64,000 bases of DNA from positions 64,001 through 128,000 of the forward strand of contig JAWXAQ010000007.1 in assembly GCA_034439575.1 (NCBI GenBank), in the 5' to 3' direction. The DNA comes from Leptospira sp. GTDB lineage: Bacteria; Spirochaetota; Leptospiria; Leptospirales; Leptospiraceae. Below are positions 50,137 through 60,996 of the stretch, in pieces. The position numbers were made by a program, and so were the translations under genes. A model generated the notes under the pieces. The model saw only the letters and a list, made by a program, of their open reading frames with translations, was not told the origin of the DNA and did not search any database. Every line of letters starts with the position of its first letter. The first letter of the stretch is position 1.

Positions 50137-50814
50137 ATGGCTATCGTAACTTTTGAGTCTTTCCAAAAATCATTGCGAGATGTTTATATTGATGTTATAC
50201 GACAATGCATCAAGGATTCGCTAAAATCAGAACTTTGGAAATCAGAAGATCTCTATTGGCTAGGATTCATACACGAACAAGATAAATTCTATGTCTCTGA
50301 TTCATTAGGTCGCCTGAAAAAGTCCAAAGGAAATTCATCACAACTTTTTGATTATTTAGAATCCTACAAAATTAACGACGAACATTTTCCAAAGCAAAAG
50401 GTGAGCAGGTTAAATGATGCATTCGATGATCTGCTAAATCCAGGATTGGAAGTTGATTTCGACGAAGATGAAATTGATCAAGAGGAATTAGAAGAAGCAA
50501 AAAGTGAATTGCGGACCCTAGCAGGTCTTGTTGCACTTTCAATTTTTGCCATAGAAATCCAGAATGATCCAAAGAAATTGAAAGTCTCTTGTCATCCTTC
50601 ATTCCATATTAACGTGTCTCATGATATTGAAGCTCCGCTTTTTTCAGCTAAACCACCTTCTATATTATATGATGATGAAGTGATTGACCTAGCACTTTGT
50701 TCACTGACAAAACAGGAATCAACAAAGGCCTTATTTCGAAAAATAATTGGGGCAGCGGGAAAGAAAAAGTCACCTAGTATTCAGGAGATACTCGCATTAA
50801 AGAATGATAAATAG
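50137..50814 (+). CDS. Hypothetical acidic protein
   Basis: ORF with AGGAG RBS. Confidence 0.6.
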   Translation: MAIVTFESFQKSLRDVYIDVIRQCIKDSLKSELWKSEDLYWLGFIHEQDKFYVSDSLGRLKKSKGNSSQLFDYLESYKINDEHFPKQKVSRLNDAFDDLLNPGLEVDFDEDEIDQEELEEAKSELRTLAGLVALSIFAIEIQNDPKKLKVSCHPSFHINVSHDIEAPLFSAKPPSILYDDEVIDLALCSLTKQESTKALFRKIIGAAGKKKSPSIQEILALKNDK

Positions 50815-50831
50815 GTGTGCGATAATGGATT

Positions 50832-51146
50832 ATGAAACAGACACTTGCTGAATTTGATTCATTACCTGATTTGTTGAGTCTCGCTCGAGACCAAGTTACG
50901 AGTAACAATGATGTTTACCAATTGCAAGAAGAATTACTAAGCAAAATGCGCTTAGAGCGCGTTAGTTGCCGAACTTCGATGCCCCATAGACATATTTTCA
51001 GCTGTCAGTTATGTGGAATCAAATCGCCAGAAGTAATTTATACACTCTACATATATTCATTAGACGGAAAGGAACAAATTATTGAGGTATGGGAAAGTCG
51101 CATTCATCAGATTCGTTTCCATGATTCCGCCTACTCGATTCAATAA
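50832..51146 (+). CDS. Small hypothetical protein, possible metal binding
   Basis: C...CxxCG and H...H motifs. Confidence 0.5.
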   Translation: MKQTLAEFDSLPDLLSLARDQVTSNNDVYQLQEELLSKMRLERVSCRTSMPHRHIFSCQLCGIKSPEVIYTLYIYSLDGKEQIIEVWESRIHQIRFHDSAYSIQ

Positions 51147-51184
51147 TCGGCTTTTATGTCAGGGCAAAAATTTTCCATGTCTAT

Positions 51185-51670
51185 CTAACCTAACATATCT
51201 GGCGAAATCGCCCAAATGATTTGACCATGCGCAAATTTTTCCCGCGCCACATTGATCGCAATGCTTGAGCCAGGAAGGAATATTAAATTTTCGGCAGTTT
51301 GCGAATTTCCGAGTAATTCAGCGGCAAAATATGTAATATCAGGGTTATGTGCAACTAACAGAACTGTATCGGAATTAGTAAGAGACAATAAGCAGGATAA
51401 AAAATCAGAACACTTAGCTCCGGAGGCAATCGGGTCATACGAAATGGGTTCCCCATTAAAGGAAATTTCCTCTGAAAGTATTTCGGCCGTTAGACGTGTT
51501 CTCGCATAAGGGCTATAGAAAACTTTACTCACCTTAAGTGGCGAATTTCGCAAAAATTTCCCGATTTTGTGAATGTCACTTTTACCTTTTTCGGTAAGAG
51601 TGCGCAACTGATCCGATTTCGCCGAGGCGGGATCCTCCGCTTCGCCATGCCGAACCAAAATGACCTTCAT
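51185..51670 (-). CDS. sixA: Phosphohistidine phosphatase SixA
   Basis: VRHGEA, SPYART, VAHNP. Confidence 0.9.
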   Translation of the reverse strand: MKVILVRHGEAEDPASAKSDQLRTLTEKGKSDIHKIGKFLRNSPLKVSKVFYSPYARTRLTAEILSEEISFNGEPISYDPIASGAKCSDFLSCLLSLTNSDTVLLVAHNPDITYFAAELLGNSQTAENLIFLPGSSIAINVAREKFAHGQIIWAISPDMLG

Positions 51671-51770
51671 GATAAGATCTCCTAATCCAAGTCTAAAATA
51701 TAAATCTTAGACTGAAAGAAAAATTCGGTTAATTCTTGCGATTTTCCAATGTAGGAGAAATGATTCTTTT

Positions 51771-52256
51771 ATGACCGATAAACCCTATCGCAAGAATGTT
51801 GGCATGGTTGTATTCAACGCAAAGGGTCAAGTGATCGTTGGAGAACGGGTAAACTTTCCTGGATCTTGGCAATTTCCTCAAGGTGGCATAGACGAAAATG
51901 AAGATTATATTGATGCCGCCAAACGCGAACTATACGAAGAATTAGGAATTAAAAATGCTGAGTATGTCGGCGAATATCCTGAATGGATTCCTTACGACTT
52001 TCCGAATAATTTGCACTTACACAAAAGTTTACAAAAATACCGTGGCCAATTACAAAGATGGATATTATATTTTTGGAATGGCACGCTTTCTGACTGCGAT
52101 TTAAATCACCATGAAATTGAATTTATTTCTATCAAACATCTAAATCTTTCTGAAACGATTGTTGCTGTGGTTGATTTTAAAAAACCAGTTTATGAAAAGT
52201 TCGTACCATTTTTCAATAATCTCATTCAAATTTACATTGCAGAGAATGTAAAATAA
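51771..52256 (+). CDS. rppH: RNA pyrophosphohydrolase
   Basis: YRKNVG, WQFPQGG, RELYEELG, YRGQ. Confidence 0.9.
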   Translation: MTDKPYRKNVGMVVFNAKGQVIVGERVNFPGSWQFPQGGIDENEDYIDAAKRELYEELGIKNAEYVGEYPEWIPYDFPNNLHLHKSLQKYRGQLQRWILYFWNGTLSDCDLNHHEIEFISIKHLNLSETIVAVVDFKKPVYEKFVPFFNNLIQIYIAENVK

Positions 52257-52289
52257 ACAGATATTTTTTTTAATTAGGAGCACTTTCAC

Positions 52290-52577
52290 TTGGGAAAATC
52301 AGTAGAAAAAAAAGCTAGAATCGTTGTTAGGGGATCGGTTCAAGGTGTTGGATTCCGTTATTATATTATGCAAAGAGCCCAAGAAATGAGACTGAAAGGT
52401 TACACACAAAATTTACCTTCCGGTGAAGTAGAAGCAGTTGTAGAAGGAGATGTACTCTTCATTGAAGATCTCTATCGTGCCATGCAAAGAGGACCGACAA
52501 AGGCAAAAGTGACTGATCACGCGATTGAATGGGGTGATCCCAAAAACCAATTCCGCACATTTTCAATTAAGCGATAA
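52290..52577 (+). CDS. acyP: Acylphosphatase
   Basis: GSVQGVGFR, QNLPSGEVE. Confidence 0.92.
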   Translation: MGKSVEKKARIVVRGSVQGVGFRYYIMQRAQEMRLKGYTQNLPSGEVEAVVEGDVLFIEDLYRAMQRGPTKAKVTDHAIEWGDPKNQFRTFSIKR

Positions 52578-52580
52578 ATT

Positions 52581-53597
52581 ATGAAAAAACGAAGACTCGG
52601 CAAAACTGGAATGGTAGTTTCTGAAATTTGTATGGGGACTATGACCTTTGGTTCGTCATGTGATGAATCGGAAGCCTTTAAGATTTTAGATCGTGCTTAT
52701 GATGCTGGCATAGATTTTTATGATACAGCAGAAATTTACCCAGTCCCACCTCAGAAATCATGGGTACATAGAACTGAAGAAATTTTTGGCAAATGGTTGA
52801 AAACAAAACCGAGAGATGGTATTCTTATTGCGACCAAAGTTGCAGGCCCGGGTCATGGTTGGTTTAGTCCACCACTTCGCGAAGGAAAAACTTCATTAGA
52901 TAGATATCACGTGCGTAAGGCGATCGAAGGATCTCTAACAAGGTTAGGTGTAGAGACGATAGATCTGTATCAAACGCATTGGCCAGATCATGATTTTGCT
53001 TATGATGAAACTATGGAAGTTCTCACAGAACTTAAAGAAGAAGGTAAAATTCGTTATGCGGGATGTTCGAATGAAACATCATTTGGATTGATGAAAAGTC
53101 TTTGGATATCTGATAAATACAATTTAGTCAGATACGATTCGATTCAAAATAATTTCAGTATATTGAATCGAAGATTTGAAGATGAATTAGCACAAGTCTG
53201 TAGGAAAGAAGGAGTTTCTCTTCTCCCATATTCTCCGTTAGCTGGTGGAGTTTTGACAGGAAAATACAATAACTCGACTCCTCCTGAAGGAGCACGGTTT
53301 GTAAAATATATGAAGGAAGGCGAAAGACAAAAACGTATGTCAAATCGTTTCCTTAATGAAGAAACAATCGCATCCACTTCTGAAATTATGAAAATAGCCG
53401 CAGAAGCTGGAATGAGTGCGACTGTTCTTTCTGTTGCTTGGAGCAAACAGCATGACTTTGTTGCTTCTACAATTATAGGTGCCAATACAGTAGCACAATT
53501 AGAAGAATCATTGAAAGCTACAGATGTGATTTTAAGTGAAGATACACTTTCGAAAATCAATCAACTTTCAAAGAAAATTCAATACCCGATGGGATGA
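52581..53597 (+). CDS. Aldo/keto reductase (Tas-like)
   Basis: GTMTFG, DTAEIY, HWPD, YSPLAGG. Confidence 0.92.
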   Translation: MKKRRLGKTGMVVSEICMGTMTFGSSCDESEAFKILDRAYDAGIDFYDTAEIYPVPPQKSWVHRTEEIFGKWLKTKPRDGILIATKVAGPGHGWFSPPLREGKTSLDRYHVRKAIEGSLTRLGVETIDLYQTHWPDHDFAYDETMEVLTELKEEGKIRYAGCSNETSFGLMKSLWISDKYNLVRYDSIQNNFSILNRRFEDELAQVCRKEGVSLLPYSPLAGGVLTGKYNNSTPPEGARFVKYMKEGERQKRMSNRFLNEETIASTSEIMKIAAEAGMSATVLSVAWSKQHDFVASTIIGANTVAQLEESLKATDVILSEDTLSKINQLSKKIQYPMG

Positions 53598-53598
53598 T

Positions 53599-54234
53599 AT
53601 GAAACTTAGAATTACAACAGAGGACTTAAAAAACTTTATCAATTCGATAGGAAGAAAATCATTAATTCTTTTTTTCGCAATGCTTTTGTTACCTGAATGT
53701 TCTACTTTCGGTCCCAAAAATGCCCAGAGCTCATTAATCATTGTTCAGATGACACTTCAAAAAGATGAACTATTGTTAGATGAATTTTTAGATCCTCGAT
53801 TTCAAAAGGTAACTCTCAGAAAGGGTGATTCTACTTACGAGTATTCTGAAAATTCAGAACACTATTATTATTTTCAAAATTTGAAAGAAGGTCAGTATGA
53901 AATTTATGATGCCGTACACTTGTTAAATCGTGGTGCCTCAGATTTTTCTTATGGTTCAACAAAACAAGCATCCAAAGTTGATATAGACTTTGATAAAAAG
54001 GATATTGAATCTTCTAGGCTAAATCTTGAACCAGGGACTGTCGTTTTTATGGGAACAATTCATGTCCGAGTTAATTTTAAATTTCAGGGAGAACCTGAAA
54101 TTAAAATCAAATTTTCTAAAACGATAGAAGAAGAATCTGCCGCTTTTGATTATCTTTATAAAAATTATCCACGAAATGGTTGGGGCCAAAAAGCGAAAGC
54201 GCGAGCAAAATTCATACAATCCATTGGACAATAG
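53599..54234 (+). CDS. Hypothetical lipoprotein
   Basis: Hydrophobic stretch ending LPEC. Confidence 0.6.
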   Translation: MKLRITTEDLKNFINSIGRKSLILFFAMLLLPECSTFGPKNAQSSLIIVQMTLQKDELLLDEFLDPRFQKVTLRKGDSTYEYSENSEHYYYFQNLKEGQYEIYDAVHLLNRGASDFSYGSTKQASKVDIDFDKKDIESSRLNLEPGTVVFMGTIHVRVNFKFQGEPEIKIKFSKTIEEESAAFDYLYKNYPRNGWGQKAKARAKFIQSIGQ

Positions 54235-54255
54235 AAATTTAAAACCCAAATAACA

Positions 54256-54969
54256 TTAAACTATTGTTTTGTGGTCTGGGTTTAGTAAATGAGGGGTGCT
54301 ATTAAAAGATACTGGCTCCCAAAATCCTGCTTCTTTCTTAAATACGCTTAAAGAAGAATTCAAAATGTACTTCATAAAAGTAGGAAATTGTTTAGGATTT
54401 AAATTACAAGACAATCCCATAACAATAGCTACTGGTGTGCTAGAAGAAACAACTAATGTACTTTGGACATTCTCAGGAATAGCACCTAATGCCGATTTTA
54501 TGCGATTTACATATTCGGAAAAAGTATAAGGTTCTATCGGATCCCAAACGCCTTCCACCCAATCAGCCAATACTTTTTGAATGAGAATCTGAAAATAATC
54601 ACGAGTTTTTGGATCACCTTTTTCCCATGCTTCTTTGTATGTTTGGTATGTATTTGCAAAGGAATCATCTACATTTCGAATTTTGGCAGCAATAGATAGC
54701 CACATACGAGGATCAAATTCGTTCCAGTTTTCATTAGTTTCTGGATCGGGAATACAAAATTTATTTGAAATCATTGGTTCCATGATTCCTTTCGCAGTTT
54801 GGATCTGACGATTTAAACTGCCAGTAAAAACAGAATCAAATTCAATTCTCTGGTTAATAAAATAATCTCCAAGGGCATGGGCTTGTGTCCATCCAAGTTC
54901 CGTTAGTTGGTCATAATCTTTTCCTAAACGGTCTGCTTGGCCATGACGAACAAGATAAAGATAAGACAT
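54256..54969 (-). CDS. Histidine phosphatase (phosphoglycerate mutase family)
   Basis: VRHGQA, RQIQTA, NEFD; second catalytic His position reads VSSS. Confidence 0.85.
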   Translation of the reverse strand: MSYLYLVRHGQADRLGKDYDQLTELGWTQAHALGDYFINQRIEFDSVFTGSLNRQIQTAKGIMEPMISNKFCIPDPETNENWNEFDPRMWLSIAAKIRNVDDSFANTYQTYKEAWEKGDPKTRDYFQILIQKVLADWVEGVWDPIEPYTFSEYVNRIKSALGAIPENVQSTLVVSSSTPVAIVMGLSCNLNPKQFPTFMKYILNSSLSVFKKEAGFWEPVSFNSTPHLLNPDHKTIV

Positions 54970-54970
54970 T

Positions 54971-55384
54971 TCAGGTCTGAAACCTAGGACTTGCTATATT
55001 TAAATTGTTTTTTAAATGCAATTTGATATGTGACCAAGTTTCGGATTTTGTATCAGACTCTTTTGTTTCACGTAGGCACCGAGAGAATGTTTTATTCCAT
55101 AATAAAAACATAGAAGTTTTTTCTCTTCTGGTCAATGCTTTGAATTCCAGCTCGCTTAATTTGATAGTATCATTTATCAGTTTTACTTTAGTGAGTGATT
55201 TAAATTCTTCGTTAAGAAATTCATCTTCTTTATCAATTTCGCGAGCGATGACTCCTAACATATTCCAACTAACTAATGTTTTATATGACAATAGTTCCTC
55301 GTCTTCCAATTTTGGCAAAACTTCTTTCATCAAAAAATCTTGGACTGCGAGAAGTAAATCTTTTGCATCAGGTCTATACTGCAT
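54971..55384 (-). CDS. Small partner protein (DUF6285/LvaB-like)
   Basis: MQYRP...LL.AV..FL...V.P start and IASP end; overlaps the APH gene. Confidence 0.7.
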   Translation of the reverse strand: MQYRPDAKDLLLAVQDFLMKEVLPKLEDEELLSYKTLVSWNMLGVIAREIDKEDEFLNEEFKSLTKVKLINDTIKLSELEFKALTRREKTSMFLLWNKTFSRCLRETKESDTKSETWSHIKLHLKNNLNIASPRFQT

Positions 55385-56417
55385 TTTCCAATTCCTCAAT
55401 CAATCTCATAGCTTCCCATTCCATCTCCGCAGTTCTTCGTCCGATCGCGGCAAGTTCGATCCCTTTATCTTTTCCTGACAAATGTCTTTCCGCTTGTTGC
55501 GCAGAACCGATCGCCCAACGGATGTTACCCATGATTTCCCAAAAGGTGACTTTTTTGGGATCAACATTGACTCCAGAAGTTTCAGAGTAATGTTTATAAA
55601 ATTCAGGTCGATCCCCAAATCCACCTACTTCTTTGTTTAATTTTCCAAATCGCCAATCACGCATACACAACCAGGCAATATCTTCATGACGATCGCCCCA
55701 ATGTGCGAATTCGTAATCGAGAATTCCTTGTAAGCCTTCTTTTGTGATCATAAAATTTCCAGTGCGAAAATCTCCATGCACAAGGACAATCGCATCGACC
55801 GACGGCTGATTTTTTTCTAACCAATTCAATACTATTTCTATGGCAGGATGTGCTTCAGGCAATTCATCCAATGATATGCGCAATTCGTTTACAGAATCTT
55901 GCACATAACGATTAACATCCGTTAACTTAAGTTTTGATTTTAAATTTTCATCTGCTACTTTTTCTGGAATCACAGTATGGAGTTTTGCTAAATTGCCCGC
56001 AAGATCTGAAACCATTCTGGTTTTTCGATATTCACTTAGTTCGGCATCCTTTATCACATAACGTCCGGTAGCCTTGCCTGAGATTTTTTCCATCAAATAA
56101 AATGGAGTCCCTATTATATCTGTGTTTTCCTCGAGTACAATAGGCTCAGGAGTTTTCACACCAGCCTTATAAACCAATTCGGCAACACGGAACTCATCTC
56201 TTTTAGACAATGAAGAAAGTAAAGAACCGCCTTTATCTGTCCTAAGTACAATGTTTTTTTCCTTTTTAGTAAGGCCATCACCTAATGTAAGATTAATGGA
56301 ATAATTATCCTGACAAGCTCCACCACTTAAATGAAACATTTCTGAAATTTTAACATTCTCTTTCCAAATCGTTTGGAAATGTTTTTCTAAAACAGGAGTT
56401 ATAGTTTCGATTTCCAT
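55374..56417 (-). CDS. APH-family phosphotransferase (ACAD10/11, LvaA-like)
   Basis: LSGGA, VHGDFRTGN, LDYEFAH.GD. Confidence 0.9.
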   Translation of the reverse strand: MEIETITPVLEKHFQTIWKENVKISEMFHLSGGACQDNYSINLTLGDGLTKKEKNIVLRTDKGGSLLSSLSKRDEFRVAELVYKAGVKTPEPIVLEENTDIIGTPFYLMEKISGKATGRYVIKDAELSEYRKTRMVSDLAGNLAKLHTVIPEKVADENLKSKLKLTDVNRYVQDSVNELRISLDELPEAHPAIEIVLNWLEKNQPSVDAIVLVHGDFRTGNFMITKEGLQGILDYEFAHWGDRHEDIAWLCMRDWRFGKLNKEVGGFGDRPEFYKHYSETSGVNVDPKKVTFWEIMGNIRWAIGSAQQAERHLSGKDKGIELAAIGRRTAEMEWEAMRLIEELENAV

Positions 56418-57593
56418 TTAAAAATCCCATTTGCCTGATACATAATTTCTACCAATTACCATTTTATGAACTTCCGATGGCCCATCAGCAATCCGAGCCG
56501 CTCTTGCGTCTCTGTAAAAAAGTTCCAAAGGTAAATCTCTCGAATATCCTTTACCACCACAAATTTGAATTGCCGTATCTATCGTGTTACATAGTGCTTC
56601 GCTGACTTTCCATTTTGCCATCGAAGTTTCTTGCCTCGCATCTTTTCCATTCTGCAATAACCATGCAGCCTTTAATGTTAGCAAAAATCCCATTTCAATG
56701 GATGTTGCACATTCTGCAAACATCCATTGGATTCCTTGGTGGTCCGCAATTTTTGCAGAAAATACTTCTCTTTCTTTAGCATATTCTCTTGCGATACTGA
56801 GAGCTCTTCGGGCTAATCCCGTCCATCGCATACAATGCGTTAACCTGGCAGGTCCTAGCCTTTCTTGCGACAATCTAAATCCTTCTGCCACTCGACCGAG
56901 CACCATATTTTCTGGTACTTCCACATTTTCAAAATTTAATTCACAATGACCGCCAGGTCCGTGGGACCCCATAAGTTCGATTTCACGAACCATTGTGTAT
57001 CCTTTCGCATCAGTCGGAACAAGAAACATTGTAGTTTTGCGAAAACTACCGTTTACTTTCGCCATTACGATTAAATATTTTGCTCCATTCGCACCAGTGC
57101 AGTACCACTTCCGACCATTTAATATATATTTGTCGCCCACCTTTTCCGCATTAGTTTGCAAACTTGTAGGGTCAGACCCCGCGCCAGGTGAAGGTTCAGT
57201 CATAGCAAATCCAGTTCTTAACTCACCTCGTATCAGTGGATGTAGTATGAGTTCTTTTTGTTTTTCTGTGGCCGCAAGTGACAGAAGATGCATATTCCCT
57301 TCATCAGGAGCATCACAATTAAAAATATAAGGAGCAATTGGGGAACGACCAATTTCAGAGAAAATAATACATGTTCCTATTTGGTCTAATCCTAGTCCGC
57401 CTTCCGACTTTGGTAAATGTGGAGTCCAAAAACCAGCGGTTTTTACTTTAGCGCGTGCTTGTTGGTTTACTGCTTCGGGCATCCTTCCTTTTTCATAATC
57501 ATAAAATTTTTCAAGAGGTATAATCTCATTTTTTATTAATTCACGAATCTTAAGGCGGATAGTTTCGACTGCTTCGGGTATTTCAAAGTCCAT
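56418..57593 (-). CDS. Acyl-CoA dehydrogenase (ACAD10/11, LvaC-like)
   Basis: [29 protein letters not shown]. Confidence 0.92.
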   Translation of the reverse strand: MDFEIPEAVETIRLKIRELIKNEIIPLEKFYDYEKGRMPEAVNQQARAKVKTAGFWTPHLPKSEGGLGLDQIGTCIIFSEIGRSPIAPYIFNCDAPDEGNMHLLSLAATEKQKELILHPLIRGELRTGFAMTEPSPGAGSDPTSLQTNAEKVGDKYILNGRKWYCTGANGAKYLIVMAKVNGSFRKTTMFLVPTDAKGYTMVREIELMGSHGPGGHCELNFENVEVPENMVLGRVAEGFRLSQERLGPARLTHCMRWTGLARRALSIAREYAKEREVFSAKIADHQGIQWMFAECATSIEMGFLLTLKAAWLLQNGKDARQETSMAKWKVSEALCNTIDTAIQICGGKGYSRDLPLELFYRDARAARIADGPSEVHKMVIGRNYVSGKWDF

Positions 57594-57636
57594 TGAAACA
57601 AGAATGCATATTTTGATTTAGATTGGGAAAACTTTT

Positions 57637-58536
57637 TTAAAGATGGCTTTGAAAAATTGGTCGTTGTCTTTTTGAGTTTCTTCTTACTTCGAAGTGCAAA
57701 TGTGGACCGGTCGTTCTACCCGTCATTCCCACTTTCGCGATCTTCTGACCTTTTTTAACTTTGTCTCCGACTTTTACAAGAAAAGTTGCCAAATGTCCGT
57801 ACCTAGTTTCATAACCCATTGCATGATTTAGAACTATTAATTTTCCATAACCACCATTTGCCCCGGCAAAATTTACCAAACCATCTTGTGAAGCATATAC
57901 GTCTGTTCCTTGTTCGGCGGCAAGATCTATGCCACCATGAAAGGTAGTTTTTTTTGTAAATGGATCAATCCTTTTTCCAAATCCAGAACTCATTAAAATA
58001 CTCTTAATCGGAGTCAAAAAACCAGAACCATCAAAAAATGATTTTTCTATTTTGCCCATAACGATTCCTGGAACGAACCATTTTTCCCTAGTTTGGTCAT
58101 ATTGAAGTTTTTCAGACGGAATATGATATTTATCGGCTAATTTCTGTTTAATTTTTTCAGTGTCGTCAGTTGATTCTGGATGAAAAACCCCACGCATATT
58201 TGGAATTTCCAATATCATCCCTTCCACTAAATCATGAGGAGAGCTCAGTTCATTCACCGAGGAAAGAGTCTCTAAATCCATACCAGTTCTTGCCATGATT
58301 TTAAAAAAATTGTCATCTTGTTTGACTTTGTAATGAAAATACTTTAACGGAATGAGTTTATCATTTGTTCGTTGTGATTTGGATATTCTCAGATTCTCTT
58401 TCACATCGGATCGTAAGCTTTTGAGTATCGGATTGGAATAATCTAAATTGGCAAGTGTCGTAGGCTGGGATGTAAGTTCCCAAGAAAGGAGGAGTGTGGT
58501 GAAAAAAATAAACTGATACAAGCCGTCTCGTTTCAT
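57637..58536 (-). CDS. LysM plus M23 peptidase
   Basis: HGGID, YGHL, TGPHLH; LysM-like YKVKQDD. Confidence 0.9.
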   Translation of the reverse strand: MKRDGLYQFIFFTTLLLSWELTSQPTTLANLDYSNPILKSLRSDVKENLRISKSQRTNDKLIPLKYFHYKVKQDDNFFKIMARTGMDLETLSSVNELSSPHDLVEGMILEIPNMRGVFHPESTDDTEKIKQKLADKYHIPSEKLQYDQTREKWFVPGIVMGKIEKSFFDGSGFLTPIKSILMSSGFGKRIDPFTKKTTFHGGIDLAAEQGTDVYASQDGLVNFAGANGGYGKLIVLNHAMGYETRYGHLATFLVKVGDKVKKGQKIAKVGMTGRTTGPHLHFEVRRNSKRQRPIFQSHL

Positions 58537-58615
58537 CTTGAACCTATACTTTCATTATCGGTAAGGCTTAAAAAAACGATGACGATATTCCCTTTGAACA
58601 GAGCATGGGAAGGAC

Positions 58616-59509
58616 ATGACATCTCGTTTTTTTGAGATTTTTAAACTAACGACCTATTCCCTTGGGACGATTCTGATCGCCTATCTGGCATTTTCAGTGA
58701 TATACCATCAGTTTGTGTATACTGTCGTTTTGAATGAAAGACTCCCTCCAGAACTCACAGAAAAACTTAACGAAGATGCTACAAATCCAAATGTTACTTT
58801 TAGTGAATCCTATCAAAAAGTAAGAACTGCTATCGAAGGTCTAGAAAAAGACCTCCAACAAGAATTCATAGAAAATCCTGAAAAAAGCTTTGAAGTGTTC
58901 TATGATATCATGCTGAAGGACAAGCCATATCTATTATTCTTTCAATCATTATTGTGGTTTTTCGCATATATTGGAAGTGGCTATTTGATCTTAAAGAAAA
59001 TATTAAAATTGAATCTCACTGATTTGAGCGAAGAATTATCTATCCCTATTTTACTTAACGGGATGATGAATGGATTTATTATTTTTTTGGCAGTACTTTT
59101 ATTTGGAGCCTTACTTAAGTTACTTGGTATTGAAGCAAATTCGGGATTATTCCCGAGCAAACTTTTTCATACACTTCCTGGAAATGGAATATTACTAGCT
59201 TGGTCAATTTATAGCGTAGGGCTTATAACAGGCATTATAGAAGAACTATTTTTTAGAGGTTTTTTGTTAAAATTATTTATAGACAAAGACCTTGGCCAAG
59301 AAGGGCTATTGATCATATCTATTATTTTTGGATTTATGCATTTCGGTTACGGTGTTACGCTTGCTGTTCCATTTATAATTACCATAGTAGGTATGTTTTT
59401 TGGTTATTTGTATTTAAAAAATAAGAATATATGGATTTCTATCGCCTGTCATGCGACGTACAATTCATTAGGTTTGCTTGTTGCTTTTGCTGGTGGAGAA
59501 AGTTTATGA
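58616..59509 (+). CDS. CPBP (CAAX/Abi) intramembrane metalloprotease
   Basis: EELFFRG, FGFMH, HATYN. Confidence 0.9.
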   Translation: MTSRFFEIFKLTTYSLGTILIAYLAFSVIYHQFVYTVVLNERLPPELTEKLNEDATNPNVTFSESYQKVRTAIEGLEKDLQQEFIENPEKSFEVFYDIMLKDKPYLLFFQSLLWFFAYIGSGYLILKKILKLNLTDLSEELSIPILLNGMMNGFIIFLAVLLFGALLKLLGIEANSGLFPSKLFHTLPGNGILLAWSIYSVGLITGIIEELFFRGFLLKLFIDKDLGQEGLLIISIIFGFMHFGYGVTLAVPFIITIVGMFFGYLYLKNKNIWISIACHATYNSLGLLVAFAGGESL

Positions 59510-60246
59510 TTTCAAAAATTAAAATTTTTATTTTCATTATATTTATCAATTCACTATTCACATTTGAATTATTAGCGGGTGAAACTTTAGAAATTCTTGG
59601 TTCTCCCGATGATTTGAATGTTCGTCTAACAGCGATCTTGACAAAACTAGATCCTGACTTTTATAGTGAAGATAAGACCAGTGGCTTTATTTACCGTTAC
59701 CGCCATAGATGGAAAAATCCTTATGATTTTAATATCTACATCGGAAAAGTCAGTAAAACTTCACCTGATTCTATTTTAAGGATTGAATCCCCGAGATCCG
59801 GACAAGAGAGGATGTGGAAGCAAATCTTTGAACAAGAACTATTACAAAAGGCACCTGCAATTACAGCTGTCCAACTAACACCAAAATACCATATTATATC
59901 GCAAGGATTAAGTTTAATCACCCCTATTGCTTCAGTCGGATACAATTCCTGGAATTCTCCACTCTATACTGGACGTGATACTTTTGTTAGTATGGCAATT
60001 TATTTTTTAACTGATCTGATACTCGTTGGTGGAACTTATCTTTATGCAGAACAAAATCTTCCAAAAAAGAATATTTGGGGGGCCTTGTTAAATGAAAAAG
60101 GACCGGGGAATGTTTGGGAAAGTCCAAATGCGGTCGGAATCTTTGCGGCTCTCGCCGTTTCGAGAACCATACGTGCGTTTGATGCTTGGGAAGATACTAG
60201 TGCACATAACAAAACGGCTCAGTTTTCATGGTCGTTTAAGTTTTAA
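59506..60246 (+). CDS. Hypothetical exported/membrane protein
   Basis: Signal peptide from MISKIK; C-terminal FSWSFKF. Confidence 0.65.
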   Translation: MISKIKIFIFIIFINSLFTFELLAGETLEILGSPDDLNVRLTAILTKLDPDFYSEDKTSGFIYRYRHRWKNPYDFNIYIGKVSKTSPDSILRIESPRSGQERMWKQIFEQELLQKAPAITAVQLTPKYHIISQGLSLITPIASVGYNSWNSPLYTGRDTFVSMAIYFLTDLILVGGTYLYAEQNLPKKNIWGALLNEKGPGNVWESPNAVGIFAALAVSRTIRAFDAWEDTSAHNKTAQFSWSFKF

Positions 60247-60571
60247 ATAAATCTCTTACTGCATCGCGAGCATTTGATTTTTCAAAATCTTCACGTTCAA
60301 TTAATGTTAAGTCCAAATTTTCTTTTTGAATTCTTGCCAGTATTTTACCAACCTCTCCAGGATTTGTAATCTTTGTAGCTAAGTATTTAAAAATAGTTCC
60401 GCACTCTGGACATTTTTTATCTTTTAGATAATTTAACCCCAGTTTTTTGCAATTTCCACAAGTGCCATACAAATCATCTATATAGAGAAGTTGTTTTTTA
60501 ATCGCCTCTCCATCCATTTGTTTCCAAACACGAATAAATTTTGAATTGTTTCCGCCAGCTTCTTGTGTCAT
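60236..60571 (-). CDS. Zinc-ribbon hypothetical protein
   Basis: CGNC...CPECG. Confidence 0.7.
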   Translation of the reverse strand: MTQEAGGNNSKFIRVWKQMDGEAIKKQLLYIDDLYGTCGNCKKLGLNYLKDKKCPECGTIFKYLATKITNPGEVGKILARIQKENLDLTLIEREDFEKSNARDAVRDLFKT

Positions 60572-60591
60572 AATTGAAAGAAAGGTCGTTA

Positions 60592-60996
60592 ATGAATCCT
60601 GTCAAGAATCAATCAACAAAGACGTTTATCATAATATCTTGTACTTTTGGCTTTTTAGCCGTGGCAATTGGTGCATTTGGTGCACATGGTTTAAAGGAAA
60701 TTATCGGCTTAGAAAGAATGCCAATTTTTGAAACTGGCAATAAATATCATTTTTATCATACCATTGTTAGTTTGTTTATTTTATTACTCAGTAAACAAAT
60801 CGGTTTCAATCAGTATCTTAAGTTTTCTTTTTGTGCAATGATCATAGGTATTTTTCTATTTTCATTCAGCTTATATGCACTTGCCATTACTGGTATAAAA
60901 ATTTTAGGAGCAATAACTCCTCTTGGTGGACTTTCTTTTCTTATAGGATGGGTATTACTCGGAATCGGGGCAAATCAGTCACGTTCCGAACCATAA
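60592..60996 (+). CDS. DUF423 (YgdD/TMEM256) membrane protein
   Basis: GAFGAHGL, YHFYH, GAITPLGG. Confidence 0.9.
   Translation: MNPVKNQSTKTFIIISCTFGFLAVAIGAFGAHGLKEIIGLERMPIFETGNKYHFYHTIVSLFILLLSKQIGFNQYLKFSFCAMIIGIFLFSFSLYALAITGIKILGAITPLGGLSFLIGWVLLGIGANQSRSEP

Noticed and set aside
45586-51146. Genomic island integrated at tRNA-Pro
   Set aside because: Genes lie on the tRNA 5' side; no integrase or duplicated tRNA-Pro end seen
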